Assembly (NCBI RefSeq): GCF_006345805.1
Contig: NC_042998.1
Coordinates: forward strand, 138,322,001-138,386,000
Length of the DNA: 64,000 nt
DNA from: Octopus sinensis
Taxonomy: Eukaryota
Direction of reading: 5' to 3'
Under the pieces are notes generated by a model that was not told the origin of the DNA, made no database searches, and saw nothing but the letters and a program-made list of their open reading frames with translations. Of this stretch, positions 40,158 to 53,682 are shown in pieces. Position 1 is the stretch's first letter. Each line of letters begins with the position of its first letter. The position numbers and the translations under genes are program-made.

Positions 40158-40356
40158 ACTCTTTTACTTGTTTCAGTCATTTGACTGCGGCCATGCTGGA
40201 GCACCGCCTTTAGCCGAGCAAATCGACCCCAGGACTTATTCTTTGTAAGCCTAGTACTTATTCTATCGTTCTCTTTTGCCGAACCGCTAAGTTACGGAGA
40301 CATAAACACACCAGTATCGGTTGTCAAGTGATGTTGGGTGGACAAACACAGACACA

Positions 40357-40399
<43 letters not shown>

Positions 40400-40600
40400 A
40401 CACACACACACATGTATATATACTTATACATATATACGACGGGCTTCTTTCAATTTCCGTCTACCAAATCCACTTACAAGGCTTTGGTCGGCCCGAGGCT
40501 ATAGTAGAAGTCACTTGCCCAAGGTGACACGCAGTGGGACTGAACCTGGAATTATGTGGTTGGTAAGCAAGCTACTTACCACACAGCCACTCCTGCGCCT
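40158..40600 (-). mobile_element. SINE family B, full length
   Basis: Matches 29280-29772 end to end; internal (CA)n. Confidence 0.9.
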
Positions 40601-41146
40601 GTATGTTCTCATTCTTTTAATCTAGGTTCAAATTCTCGGGAATTTGATTTCTTTTTACCCATCTAAAAATGCATCAGAAACGTAGAAATAAAGAACCAAA
40701 CCGCCATACTCTTTCATAACACACCAGAAATTATTCATCTTCCACATGCAACAACTGGTCGAGTGGGTCAAAATATAATGTTTTCCTTAAAGATGTATCA
40801 ACTAATGGAAAGTTGACTTGACAAACGCCAACAAAATAGTTCTCCATGTTCTGTTCTTTCACCGTTTCGTTATGACATTCTTGTTAAAATACACTGCTTT
40901 TATTTCAATTAATTTCAAAAATAAGGAAGGATTATAGAACATAAATTAACATGAAATTTTCGTAGTTGGTTTTAATTTAGATTACTCTTAAAACAGATTT
41001 TGTATCATGCATCTAGGAGTGGTCTAAGACGGTTTGATATCAAAATGTTCGGAGCTGATTTTAAATATGTAATTATTTAATGTTCCAGTCAATATTTCAT
41101 TTCTAGCGTCCTTATGGAGTATAATACACAAGTATAATTCATGATA

Positions 41147-41212
<66 letters not shown>

Positions 41213-41322
41213 ATATATAGTAACAGAAAAGAGGAATTTCGATTATCCCCACGTTGTAAGTTGTAATGTATATAAAAAAAGGAAATAACGCACACTTACA
41301 TAGTTTTAATATAATTTTTAAT

Positions 41323-41357
41323 ATATCGACCGGTTTCGCTATCGCTATTCATGATAT
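41323..41357 (-). ncRNA. Minimal type I hammerhead motif with A3-U8 core covariation
   Basis: ATATC-ATGAATA-GC-GATA-GC-GAAA-CCGG-TC-GATAT. Confidence 0.65.
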
Positions 41358-41499
41358 TATGTTCTACTTATTTGAATATATATTTTTTCTTAAGAAGAAA
41401 TTTGGTCCATGTTGTGTGTGATGAAATTCACGAGTGAATGACTTCACAAGTAGATAACTAAAGGGAGGTAATTATATATATATGTATATATATATATAG

Positions 41500-41712
41500 T
41501 TAATCCAAGCATGAACAAAGAGAAAACACAATAACACGAGGACGTGGAATAAGTATAGTGTTATTGGACGCCCAGGAAAGGAAAGAAAGAAGGAGGATTT
41601 CACGTTTCGAGCTGACCTCTTGGTCAGAAATATAGAAAAAAAGAAAAAGTCCAAAGAAGGGAAGACGGAGAAAGAAAATCGCCAACGATACACACGCGGT
41701 CACATATTGAAA
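41500..41712 (-). mobile_element. Penelope-type terminal-repeat fragment with decayed minimal HHR (41597-41631)
   Basis: ATTT-CTGACCA-A-GAG-GTCAG-CTC-GAAA-CG-TG-AAAT on minus; flanked by (TA)n. Confidence 0.6.
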
Positions 41713-42947
41713 TATATATATATGTATGTATGTATGGATGGATGGATGTAAAATATATGCTTTAATGTATTTAAAGTACACACACACACATACATACACA
41801 CACATGGTTAAAAAGCTCACGTAAAGCAACCACGTAAATTTGGCTGGCGAAAACTGTGTGGAAGCCCGTTGTATATATGTATATGTGCGTGTCTTTGTGT
41901 TTGAGCTTGTCCACCTTTCCACCGCTCGACAATCGGTGTTAGTTTGTTTATGTTCCCGTAACTTAGAAGTTCGGCAAAAGAGCTGATAGAAAAGAACTGG
42001 CATCTATTGGTTCGACTAAGCTCCTCAATGCAGTACCCGAGCATGACCGCAGTCCAGTGACTGAACAGAGTGAAAAACAAAAGATATACTAGCCAATGAA
42101 CTTATTTAAAACTTATCAAAACCCAAAAGATCAGTGTTGATATTGAATTCTCCTCTAGTTACTAGAGATCTGGGTTCGTGTTTCTCAACAGCTAGTATCA
42201 TGTCCGGAGAAATACCGAAACGTCTGCAGCAATCGTCCAATAACTTACATTTCCAGCCATTTGCAGAAATCTCAGAAATAGTCTAATATGGCAGGTGTAT
42301 TCTACCCTATATTCGACTAAAATATTTATGAATGTCCCTTTCCTAAATACATGGGATCTTGGTGAACCTACGTGACCAAACGCACTAAATTATCCGGGTG
42401 GAAATCTTCGACGACGCTGAGATCTCATTTGTTCAACTCAGCATCCCCATCTACCACTGGCCCTTTTCTTCTTTCCTTCTTTACATTTCTCTTCTTCTTC
42501 TTCTTCTTCTTCTTCTTCTTCTTCTTCTTCTTCTTGATCATCAAATCTTCTCCGTCCGTTATCATCATTATCATGATAATAATAATAATAATAATAAAAA
42601 GAAGAACAAGAAGAACAAGAACAACAACAACAACAACAACAACAACAATAATAATAATAATAAATATAATAATAATAAATATTATAATAATAATAATAAT
42701 AATCCTTATCATCAACATCATCATCACCACCATCATCATCATCATCAGCAGCAGCAGCAGCAGCAGACGCAGCAGAAGCAGCATCTTTATAATTTGAATG
42801 CTACTTCTCTCCCTCTTTCTATATCTCTCCTTCTCTTTCTGTCTCTTTCTCTCTCTCTCTCTCTTCTGCGTGCGTGTACATTGGTGTTAGCATGTGTGCC
42901 TGTGCACAAGCGTGCGCGCATGTATGTGTGTGAGTGTGAGTCTGTGT

Positions 42948-43017
<70 letters not shown>

Positions 43018-43697
43018 GTGTGTGTGTGTGTGTCTGTGTGTTTGTGCGTGTGTGTGTATCAGTAAGACTACGGGTGGTGTTGATACCACAAAGATGTATG
43101 CTGAACACAGCAGCGCCATGATTGATGGTCTGACATTTTCACCACCCAGCCAATCTTCCGACGTACATTAACTATTTCCCCTTCTGTTAAATCATATTTT
43201 ATCTCCTAGAGAGGACATCGGGCTATTAATGCAATCGACAGCCAAGATCATATTACCTAGGTCCAGGTTACCCTTTGCCCCTATTTTCCTATTGCTATTC
43301 CTCTCCCAACCTATGCTTTCTTTTCTTCCCTTTGCTCCCCATTGGTCACACAACTACGTGGACAAACAATACATAGAAATCACCAAACATCAAAAATATA
43401 TTTAATTGTAGTATGTGTATCGTTTCCATTTTTTTCCTTCCTTTATTGAATACCTCATTGCAGCTGTGGTGGATTATTTAATAGTATAGGTCAAACTTTG
43501 TCCTTACGGCGAGCAATGAGGTGGGACCTTTTCTTATATAAAAAATCTTCATACACCTACTCCCCCACGCCGCACTCGGTCTGATGCCAGCGCGCAACTA
43601 GAATAAATATTCTTTGTGTTATGTGTGGTTAGCAACGTCATCAGAGATACTGCTCTTTATTTATATCTCAGGATATAGCAGATATTCATACATATCA

Positions 43698-43728
<31 letters not shown>

Positions 43729-43734
43729 CATCCG

Positions 43735-43768
<34 letters not shown>

Positions 43769-43885
43769 ATGGAGGAAAAGTACTCAATACAAGAAAAGTC
43801 GTTCATTTATTTGAATCTGTGGCTGATATATGTGCATGTACATCTGCTTGTGCATGTTTGTGTATGTATATGCAGACAGACAGAT

Positions 43886-43984
<99 letters not shown>

Positions 43985-44049
43985 ACAGTATCAGCGTAAT
44001 CTGCGAGATTTTGTTCAATACAGTTCCAATCATCTTTTTCATTTTGAGA

Positions 44050-44700
44050 CTCACTTAACTATTTCAAAAGTAACTTTCTGGTCATTAAATCAGTTTTAGG
44101 CATTGGTGAATACGAATAAAGGGATACACAGATAGCGTATCCCTTTATCCCATCATGTGACATCAGGTATTTGCTACATTCAGGACCATCTTAGCAGTAT
44201 TACAGGCAAAGCAATATACCGGGGCCTGTAGTATTTATTTGATGACAATTGACCACAGTATACGCTGATGAACATTCGGCCTCTGGATCTGTAATGTTCC
44301 CAAAGCAACTGTCCAGTATGTTTATAACTTAAGGCGAACCTGGCTACATTATACTTCCCTCAGCAACAATATCAAAGGCAGTTTTAAAATAGAAATGTAC
44401 GGATCGATGTTCCTGGAGCATTTCATATATAAATTGCAAATGTCTTCCATTTCTTCCCTCTTATCAGCAGGATTTCATTTGCACGTTTGCAATAGTCATA
44501 ATCTTTTCAGCAAAAGATTGTTGAAATGTGTCTCATCTTGAACCCACCAACTAAATTACGCTTGCCGATATCGGTTTGTCAGTCATTCCTATGAATCCAA
44601 TTTCAACACTTTTAAAGTGCTGCTTGCTCCTTGATGTTTGAGATCCATTCTTTTCCAAATTCATAGTGGAATTTTTTAAAAATCTACCCCTGTCCTGAAA
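44050..44700 (-). pseudogene. Very degraded LINE RT remnant
   Basis: VHFYFKTAFDIV (compare F.DF.KAFD) and KGIRYLCIP (compare GVRQGC.LSP) occur in the expected order. Confidence 0.35.
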
Positions 44701-44902
44701 AAGCTATAGCTATTCATAGTTGTTTTTGTGTAGCCCCAGATCAACACTGACTACCCAGACCAATGATCAAGACGCTCCAGCCGTAACTATCCTGTCTCTT
44801 ATTGTATCTTAGCACAGTTTCATTCTTATCTATTAGACATATGATCAATAGTGTCCCAGTCGCAATCATTCGAATACAGAAAGCCTACAATATCTTATTT
44901 AC

Positions 44903-45130
44903 AGCGGCGAGCTAGCAGAATTGTTAGGATGCCGGGCGAATTGCTTAGCGGTATTTCGTCTGCCATTACGTTCTGAGTTCAAATTCCGCCGAGGTCGACT
45001 TTGTCTTTCATCCTTTCGGGGTCGATTAGATAAGTACCAGTTACGCATTGGGTAGATGTAATCGACTTAATCCGTTTGTCTGTCCTTGTTTGTCCGCTCT
45101 GTGTTTAGACCCCCGTGGGAAATAAAGAAA
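44903..45130 (+). mobile_element. SINE family A, full copy
   Basis: Close match to the first unit at 26271. Confidence 0.9.
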
Positions 45131-46563
45131 TAAATATTTTATGTGATCTAAATTTTTTTTATTCCTGTGGCTTTTTCTGAAATGTCTGCTATGTTTTTCT
45201 TTGTTTATTCACTAGAAGAATACAGTATTTCTTTGTTTGGCAATTTTTTTCTTTATAATATTCATCTTTTTTAGTAACATTTCACATTTCAATAACTAGA
45301 CTGAACCTCCTAGCTAAATCACAGTAAAAAAAATATTATAACTAGATAGAGTGGTCTATGAATCAAGACTCGTCGTTCGGTCGACTATGTGCCATGGAGC
45401 AGATAAACCGGGCCTGATCTGGGGTTACATTCGACAACAACCACAATAAAAAAGAAGATTCGAAGAGACAGTGCTAGCTCAGACATTAGATGCATCGGCT
45501 ACAAGTTGAAAATGTACTTATTTACAGTAGGGAAAGCAGTGAATAGAGGCTGACACAAATTGAAGATTTCCTTTTTTTTATTTTTGTTTATTTTAATTTC
45601 ATTTGTTTATTTTATTTCTATTTCTCCAAGACACAATGCCGTGTTTGTATTGTGTTTATTACCGGGCAGTCCTAGTTTCTAGGTTCAGGGCTTCGATAGT
45701 TTATTCGGTGCCTAACTTTATTGGTATTTCACCGTACCCGATAAAGATTACAAGGAACAGTAGCAATGTTTATAACTGATTACTTCCGGTTTTGAAAAGC
45801 TACGTGAACGGCAATCATATCACGGTGAGCTTGTTTACAGCTCCGCATGAAATAGCTCCAGAGTCAAGGATAGGCTTCGTTGTAAGTCATGTGTCTAGAA
45901 AATGTTACGTTGCTCCGGAAACATTGACTGATATTTAAAATTCAGTACAACGGCGAGATGACTTGATAAAGGGGTTTCAATGAGACCACAATAAGCAAAT
46001 CTCTTTCCTTTTTACAATCAACCAACAAAGAAAGAAATTAACGGAAAGAACTATGTATAATTTTGAATAAACTCCGGATATTTTCGCAACTCGGCGGATA
46101 ATTTATTTTGTGATAAGAGAAATTACTCGGTGGTAAAGCATTTTAGTCGGAAATCTCTGAAATGACAAAATTTCCATTTCAAATCTAATCCCTCGTGAAT
46201 TCACAACACAAATCATATTCGACACATAGGAGTGCATATATATCCATATAAGTATCCATGATGTAAATATATTTATACAATTTATTGAGAGACTCACTCA
46301 TAACTAGATGAAAGTATTTATGTGTGTGTAGATGTATTTTATTATTTAGCATGTATATGTGTGAGTTTATGTGTATTTGAGAAAGCTGTGTTGCTTGGAA
46401 GCATTTGGATTATGGTTCAATCCCACTGTGCTGTTTTCTATTGTTGTCGCAGGCCAAATGAATTTGCTAGACAGAATCTGCATAAAGCCCACTGTGCGTG
46501 TACGTGTGTGTTTCTGTACGTGTACGAACGTGAGTGTATTTATGTGTATGCGTATGCGTATAT

Positions 46564-46635
<72 letters not shown>

Positions 46636-47193
46636 AATAATAATAATAATAATAATATAATAATAATAATAATAATAATAAACTTGAAATTCTGTATGTC
46701 CAGGACCCCTGTATCTCAGTCTACATTTGCTCTACAAAAGACATACATCAGGATGATCCCGTGATTGAAAATCTATTCATCATTTGGTTCTTGAACATCA
46801 GACATTGGGATCTAATTTAAAAGCCTTTAGGTTGCTATTTCTAGCAGTTAAAGCATTGGCTAATTCACGCCATCTTGGTTGGCGTTTGTCAGATGACGTC
46901 AGATATCATGGGAGAGGTAAATGACATTCGCTTCGTTAATTTTATGTGGAGTTAACAACTTTGAGGAAAACTAGCCAACAATTGAAATTCAACTTGGGAC
47001 TGGAACACTAGAATGATTACATTACAGAATTAATTCTCATCCGTCCTTAACCTCTGATTAAAAACCACCGAGGCATAGACGTCTTATAGCCATTCTATTT
47101 AGCTCTCTTTAGTTTTGGGAGGCAGGCCCAATCAGCCCTCCGCAGGAGCTAGCTTAGAAGTCCGCACACTATGCGGCTTTTAAGCTAGTATAT

Positions 47194-47247
<54 letters not shown>

Positions 47248-47310
47248 GATAGATAGATAGATAGATAGTTAGATAGATATATATATATATAGATAGATAT
47301 ATATATATAT

Positions 47311-47416
<106 letters not shown>

Positions 47417-47554
47417 TACATATATATACACACAAATATATGTATATACATACATATATATATATACACACATACACGTAGATGTTCGTGGTGTGTGTGT
47501 GTATGTGTGTGCGTTTGTGTGTGGTGTGTCTGCGTGGTGTGTGTGTGTGTGTGT

Positions 47555-47590
<36 letters not shown>

Positions 47591-48954
47591 TGCATGTACA
47601 TGGGTATGTGCACTACAAATAGTAGAGATTCTGCCAATTAGATACTCTACGAAATATAGTTTGTAGTTTCTTTTGTTCTGAGTTGAAATAACATTTAGAC
47701 CACTAAGTTGATAAAATATTACATGTTTTAATTTGCTTTTTAATTTTCGATCTTTGTACCACTCTTGGTGATTCCAACCCTTTCGCCCCTGTACTAACCG
47801 TTTTTGCCAATCTTTTCTCCCCAGAGCCTCGTCTCTCTGGAACCTTCTTGCTCATGTCTTTCCTGTTGGCGTTGACCTGTAACAGTTTAAACAGAACATT
47901 AACAGCATCAACCTCACTGATCTTGGAGTGCTTGCAAAATTCATGGGCACTGTCTCTATCTCCAGACTCGCGAATGCGGAAAAAATATATATATACTACG
48001 CTGAGTACGTGTTTTGTATGTCCTGATATAATTTCCATTTGTCATGTGCCTTGCGGAAGATTCGAGCACATAATTCTTCCAACGAATGACTCTGAATTCA
48101 TACGATCGTTGGAACTTGTACTGAAATTTAATTTTTTTTTTTTCATCCAAGTACCAGTTTTTAGGATAAAGAACCTGGACTCTGTAATGTTGATTTGCAA
48201 CATAAAAGAATAAGTACCATATCTGATGGAATGACAAATAAGACTCACTTTAAAAACAAAAAGTGTCTTTAAAAATCGCGCCGACTCCGATATGCAAAGT
48301 TGAGCCTATATTACCTGCTTCAGTGTGCTGAATAGGCGCTGCTGAGATTGGAGTGCGTCTAATTTTCCCATGCGTTTTTTAAGCCATCAAATACGATAGA
48401 TAGATTCAGGTGAGAATCGAATCCTCCGAACCACGGATCGGGATTTCCAAGGTTTTAACTTAAGTTCATGCTCTGCATTATCTGAGACCACTACTAGAAT
48501 TAATTCTATTGATTCTGAGCAGAATGCCCTGACATTACACAACAATTTGTGCCAAAACTTGCTACACCAAAAATATCAAGAAAAACATCAAAGAAGTTAC
48601 AAAAAAAAATGAAATTACTAAAAATAATGAAAAGAACATATATTGCATAAAAGTGAATTAAAGAGAATAATTTTGCCTCAGAATCTTTTAAGAAGATAAT
48701 TAAGAAGATTGTTCGATGAGCGCCAATTAAAGCATCCTGTTATAATTGAAATTTTCAGAAAGCATTTTACTAAAAAAAGAAAAACTGTATTGACCTGACA
48801 AATAATTCAGAAGTTTAGATCTTTATTTTACCTGCCTTAAAGGCTTTTAAAAAATATTTCTTTTTTATTATATTTTCGTTTATTGCTATGTGTCAAATAA
48901 ACTTTTCATGATAATGTAAAAAAAAAATTAATATAGCAAATTCAAAATAATAAT

Positions 48955-49555
48955 TCTGATTTAGGTAAAAGGACAGCAATTGAATAGAGCGCGACTATTC
49001 GATTACATCAACCCTGGTACTTTATTTTATAAACGTAAGAACAATGAAAGGGAGAACTGTGTTCGGCAGTATTTAAACTCTGGGCGTAAGCATTTTGCCA
49101 GACGCGCTTAACAATTCTGCCGGCTCACCGACCTTATATCGATGGTAATAATCCTTTTTACTGTAGGCACAATACCAGAAATTTGAAGGGAGGGGTATAG
49201 TCGATTACGTTGACTCCAGCGTTTAACTGGTACTTATTTTATCGACTCCGAAAGAATGAAAGGCAAAGTCGACTTCGGCAGAATCTGAACTCAGATCATA
49301 AAGAGGGACGAAATGCCGCTAAGCATTTTCCCGGCGTGCTAACGATTCAGCCAGCTCAGCGCCCTTATAACGATGGTAATAATAATAATAATTTTTATTT
49401 TGTGGATTTTTATATTCTGAAAACAAATCCCTCTGAAGTCAATTTTGCCTTTCATTCTTTCGAAGCCAATTCAATAAAGTACCGGTCGAGCAATTAGTCG
49501 ATTTAATCGACTAACTCCGCCCTTTAAAATTACAGGCCTTATGCTCATTTAGAAG
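48955..49555. mobile_element. Cluster of SINE family A copies (two minus, one plus)
   Basis: CTGGTACTT..AAAGTCGAC..GAACTCAG bodies on minus; TTTGCCTTTCATTC..AGTACC on plus. Confidence 0.75.
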
Positions 49556-49828
49556 GAGTAGTACTTTGACACAATGGTATGAACGTACGCATGCATGAAT
49601 ATATGTATGTGTGTATGTTTGTATGCACGTATTTATATATGCATTGCATGTGTGTGTATGCACAAGTGTATTTATATATATATACGCACTTATACTCTCT
49701 CACACACACACACACCTATACATACCAATACGTACTAATACATACTAATACATACTAATACATACTAATACATACACCAACCCCATACATACGCACGTCC
49801 AGACCAATCCTACGCACTAATACTCTCT

Positions 49829-49865
<37 letters not shown>

Positions 49866-50059
49866 ATACATACTAATACATACACCAACCCTATACATAC
49901 ACACATCCAGACCCCTCCCACGCACTTTTAGCTGGTCCCTCAACCCTTTTATCAACCCTATTATCTCCCCTTATTTCGCTCTCGCGTCTCATGTTTGATC
50001 TTTGACCTCTGGCCGAAATCAGATCGCCATGTTGATTCGTTAGCTACTGCACGCATTTT

Positions 50060-50233
50060 TTTTCTCTCCTTCTTTCTGTGTTTTTCTCTCTCTGTATATC
50101 TTTCTGTTGAAGAGCGTAGGCTCGAAACGTTAAAGACTTGTTTTATTTATATTTCCTGAGCGCCATACTAATACAATTGTTCGTTTGTTTTCCACCTGCC
50201 TTCGTCTTTTGTTTATTTTCATAAAGCTTCCCG

Positions 50234-50236
<3 letters not shown>
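50060..50236 (+). mobile_element. Penelope-type terminal-repeat fragment carrying a minimal HHR (50099-50136)
   Basis: TCTTT-CTGTTGA-A-GAGC-GTAG-GCTC-GAAA-CG-TT-AAAGA; homologous to 63830-64000 (minus); ends at (TA)n. Confidence 0.7.
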
Positions 50237-50273
<37 letters not shown>

Positions 50274-50388
50274 ATGTATGTATGTATGTATATAAACACA
50301 CGCATTATTAGTAGGTGGCATGTGACGTGGTATTGTAGGGTAAATAATTCATCAAAGTCGCATGAATTAACATATTTCATTGCATATA

Positions 50389-50497
<109 letters not shown>

Positions 50498-51719
50498 ACA
50501 ACATATCAACAATAGAATATATAGCTAGACGATTCAGATGTTTCCTTTTGAAAGTGTATGAGATAAGTCCCACAGAGCCATGTTTAACTCATTTGTCAGC
50601 CTGGTTGAGGCTATTTTACTTCACTTATGCCTCTAGAAAAGGCATGCATGTCAAAATATCCCATCTCTGCTTCTGTAAAATACAGAACGCTTCCACCGTA
50701 TTGAAAGAAACTTATTTATAACTCTGGTGTGGGTGAAGGGATTTCCTCTTCACCTTATAGTTTTATATTTTACAATATGGTATAGTATTTTACCGAGCCA
50801 AAAAAAAATCAATAAACACAGTAATATTTATTAAGCGGTTGAAATAATATCCCCGTATGAGCTGGCAAATACAGAATGTATACATAAGGAATGAGTCTTG
50901 CCTATCAAATAACACAATATTTCAAAGGCAACATTAAAAAAAATTAAGATAATTTTAAATTATTGCTACACGGCATATAAATAGCCTTATTCTTCTGTTA
51001 TTCTTTGGTTTAACTTCTTGAGACTTTCAATAAAAGATTTAAATTGAAGCAAGTCTCTGTTGATGTTATTCCTTTGTTGGTTATTAACTTCAAGACAGAT
51101 GGAGCGATCACGCAAAGAGGCCATTTTTTTTTTAGGTTGCCCAATGAGTTTTCCCAAAGGAACATTAACCTCTCACTATCGGCTGCTGTTCTCACCTTCG
51201 TGGAATTTCCCAGATAAATATGCAAACAAAGAGAAACGAAGAAAGAAATATACCAATTGTAAACGTATAGGATTTAAATTTTTACAACCTTTAGTCAAAA
51301 CGTTATTTCAATCTTTACAGTTTTTCATAAGAAAACTTTTAACGATATCCTGTAGACATGGTGGTTTCTCTTAAATAACTGGCTGAAAATTTACGATTTT
51401 TGCAGACATATACAGTTCTTCGTACCAGTATAATATCCAGAACACATTGAAGTTTATGAAATATACTGGCCCCACAAATTTACCTCTTATTAAATTGTTA
51501 TGATTCAATCGCAATAATCCCAACTCTATAATGTGATAAGTAATTTGCCAAACTTATGACACCCTTACTATGATGTCATAATAACTATCACTATGCTTTC
51601 ATTCTGAGCCCTATAACTAAATTACTATACTTTATGATTTTCAAATCAATATTTGATAATATTTAGATTACCAAGATTATTTTACTGCTATTTCACTAAC
51701 AGAGAATTATTATTCTCGG

Positions 51720-52225
51720 CGAACTTTACGTTGTGAGTTCAAATTCTATCGAGCTCAACTTTGTATTTCATTCCTTTAGAGTCAACAAAGTACCTGTTGC
51801 ACACTAGGGTCAATGTAATCGACATACAACTTACCCTAATATTGCTAGTTGTGCACCAAAATTTGAAACCATTATAAGGCAGCGAGCTGGCAGAATCGTT
51901 AGTACTACAGACAAAATGCTTAGCAGCATTTCTTCCGGTTTTACAGTCCTAGTTTCAATTCCACCGAGATCAGCTTCGACTTCCATCCTTTAGTATCAGT
52001 CGAGCATTGGGATCAATACAATCTACTAGCCCACCCATTACTTCAAAAACTGCTGGACTTGCGCCAAAATTTGAAACCATTATTATTATTATTATTATTA
52101 TTATTAAGGCGGTGAGCTGGCAGAATCGTTAGTACAGCGGAATATGAACTCAGAACACAAAGGCAGACAAAATGCCGCTAAGCACTTTACCAAGCGTGCA
52201 AACAATTCTGTCGGCTCACCACCTT
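51720..52225. mobile_element. Cluster of SINE family A copies
   Basis: Repeated GAGCTGGCAGAATCGTTAG heads and CCAAAATTTGAAACCATT tails; a minus-strand head at ~52140-52225. Confidence 0.8.
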
Positions 52226-52770
52226 CCAAATATGACATATTGCTTTCAAATTTTGGTACAATACTATATGTTGTACAATCAAGAGGAAGTACTCAATACT
52301 CGTAGAAGCACCATTTGTTCCTTCGAAGCTGATAATATATTGCGTCTCTGCTCTAAGCTTCTCGCTTCTGTACCGCGGATGCACAAACAAACACCTAGAC
52401 ATGTGTGTGTGTGTATGTGCGTGTGTGTGTGTGTACGAGTGTGTGTGTGTGGTGTGTGTGTGTGTGTGGTGCGTGTGTGTGTGTACGAGTGTGTGTGTAT
52501 GTGTGTGTGTGTGTGTTTACGAAGAGACGTTTGGGAGTGAGTTCAAAGTTTTACATTTTTTATCTTTGTGAGACCGACGATACCAAAGACTACGAAACTT
52601 TGAAATCACTATCAACTTTTCCTAATAAAAATTTGATGCAGTACTATACTTAAATGCATTCAGTAATCTTTCAATTAATATTTGACTGTTTTTAATATAT
52701 ATGATTATAAAAAACAAACATCATTATGTGTGTGTGTAGGTGTGTGTGTGTGTGTGTGTGTGGTGTGTGT

Positions 52771-52806
<36 letters not shown>

Positions 52807-53067
52807 GTGTGTGTGTGTGTGTGAGTGTTTATGAGTATATATTCTACGCATAGATTATAATGGATATCTGCCTCTAGCTAAGGAAACAGGGGCGGATGTA
52901 TCTTAACGGATTCGAATAATTAAAACGGCAATTATAAAAGCGGAGGTCGAAGGGTTTCGTATATCGTGTAACGGGTGTATGCAGTCTTGTCTGTCACTGT
53001 ACCAGCTTGTGATATATCTTTATCCTCACACTATGTGAAGGCGTGAGCGTTTGTATGCGTTTGTGGA

Positions 53068-53115
<48 letters not shown>

Positions 53116-53600
53116 GAGCGTCCTTTAAAATGTCTACCAGCCTCCAACAACACCAGTCAGCTCCATCAGTATTTTCATAATCGTCGTTTTGTCTTCATTT
53201 ATGTCTTTGTCTCTCTCATTAACCTTTTCTTTCTTTTTCAATTTCTTTCTTTCTTTCTTTCTTTCTTTCTGCCCCCCCCCTCTCACTCATTCACTCACTC
53301 ACTCTCTCTCTCTCTTTCTCCTCTCGTTTTCTCCGCTTCTGTCACCAAGTTTCGCCGACCAGGAAATAGAGTATAACAATAACAACAACAGCGGGAAAAC
53401 TAACATGCTAAAAGAAAAGCATGTAAACTTATACTTCTGCTGTAAATTGAGTGTGTCGAGGCTAAATATCACACGACAAATATTTGGTGGCGATTTGACA
53501 TACGGGCAGCAGTAAAAAATATTCGTCAAAAGCTAGGAAAAAAAACTTGATCATTCCCTCTGGACGTGAGGATAACGATAAAACGATTTCATTCATTCAT

Positions 53601-53682
<82 letters not shown>

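Noticed and set aside
42180-42230. GAAACGTC hammerhead half-site
   Set aside because: No acceptable CUGANGA core or stem I upstream.
42398-43171. 257-aa ORF with poly-N/H/Q resembling a transcription-factor tail
   Set aside because: It is a chain of trinucleotide and (TG)n repeats with no domain and no convincing splice structure.
50550-51450. Possible plus-strand RT remnant (SGVGEGISSSP)
   Set aside because: Only one weak motif, too degraded to support.
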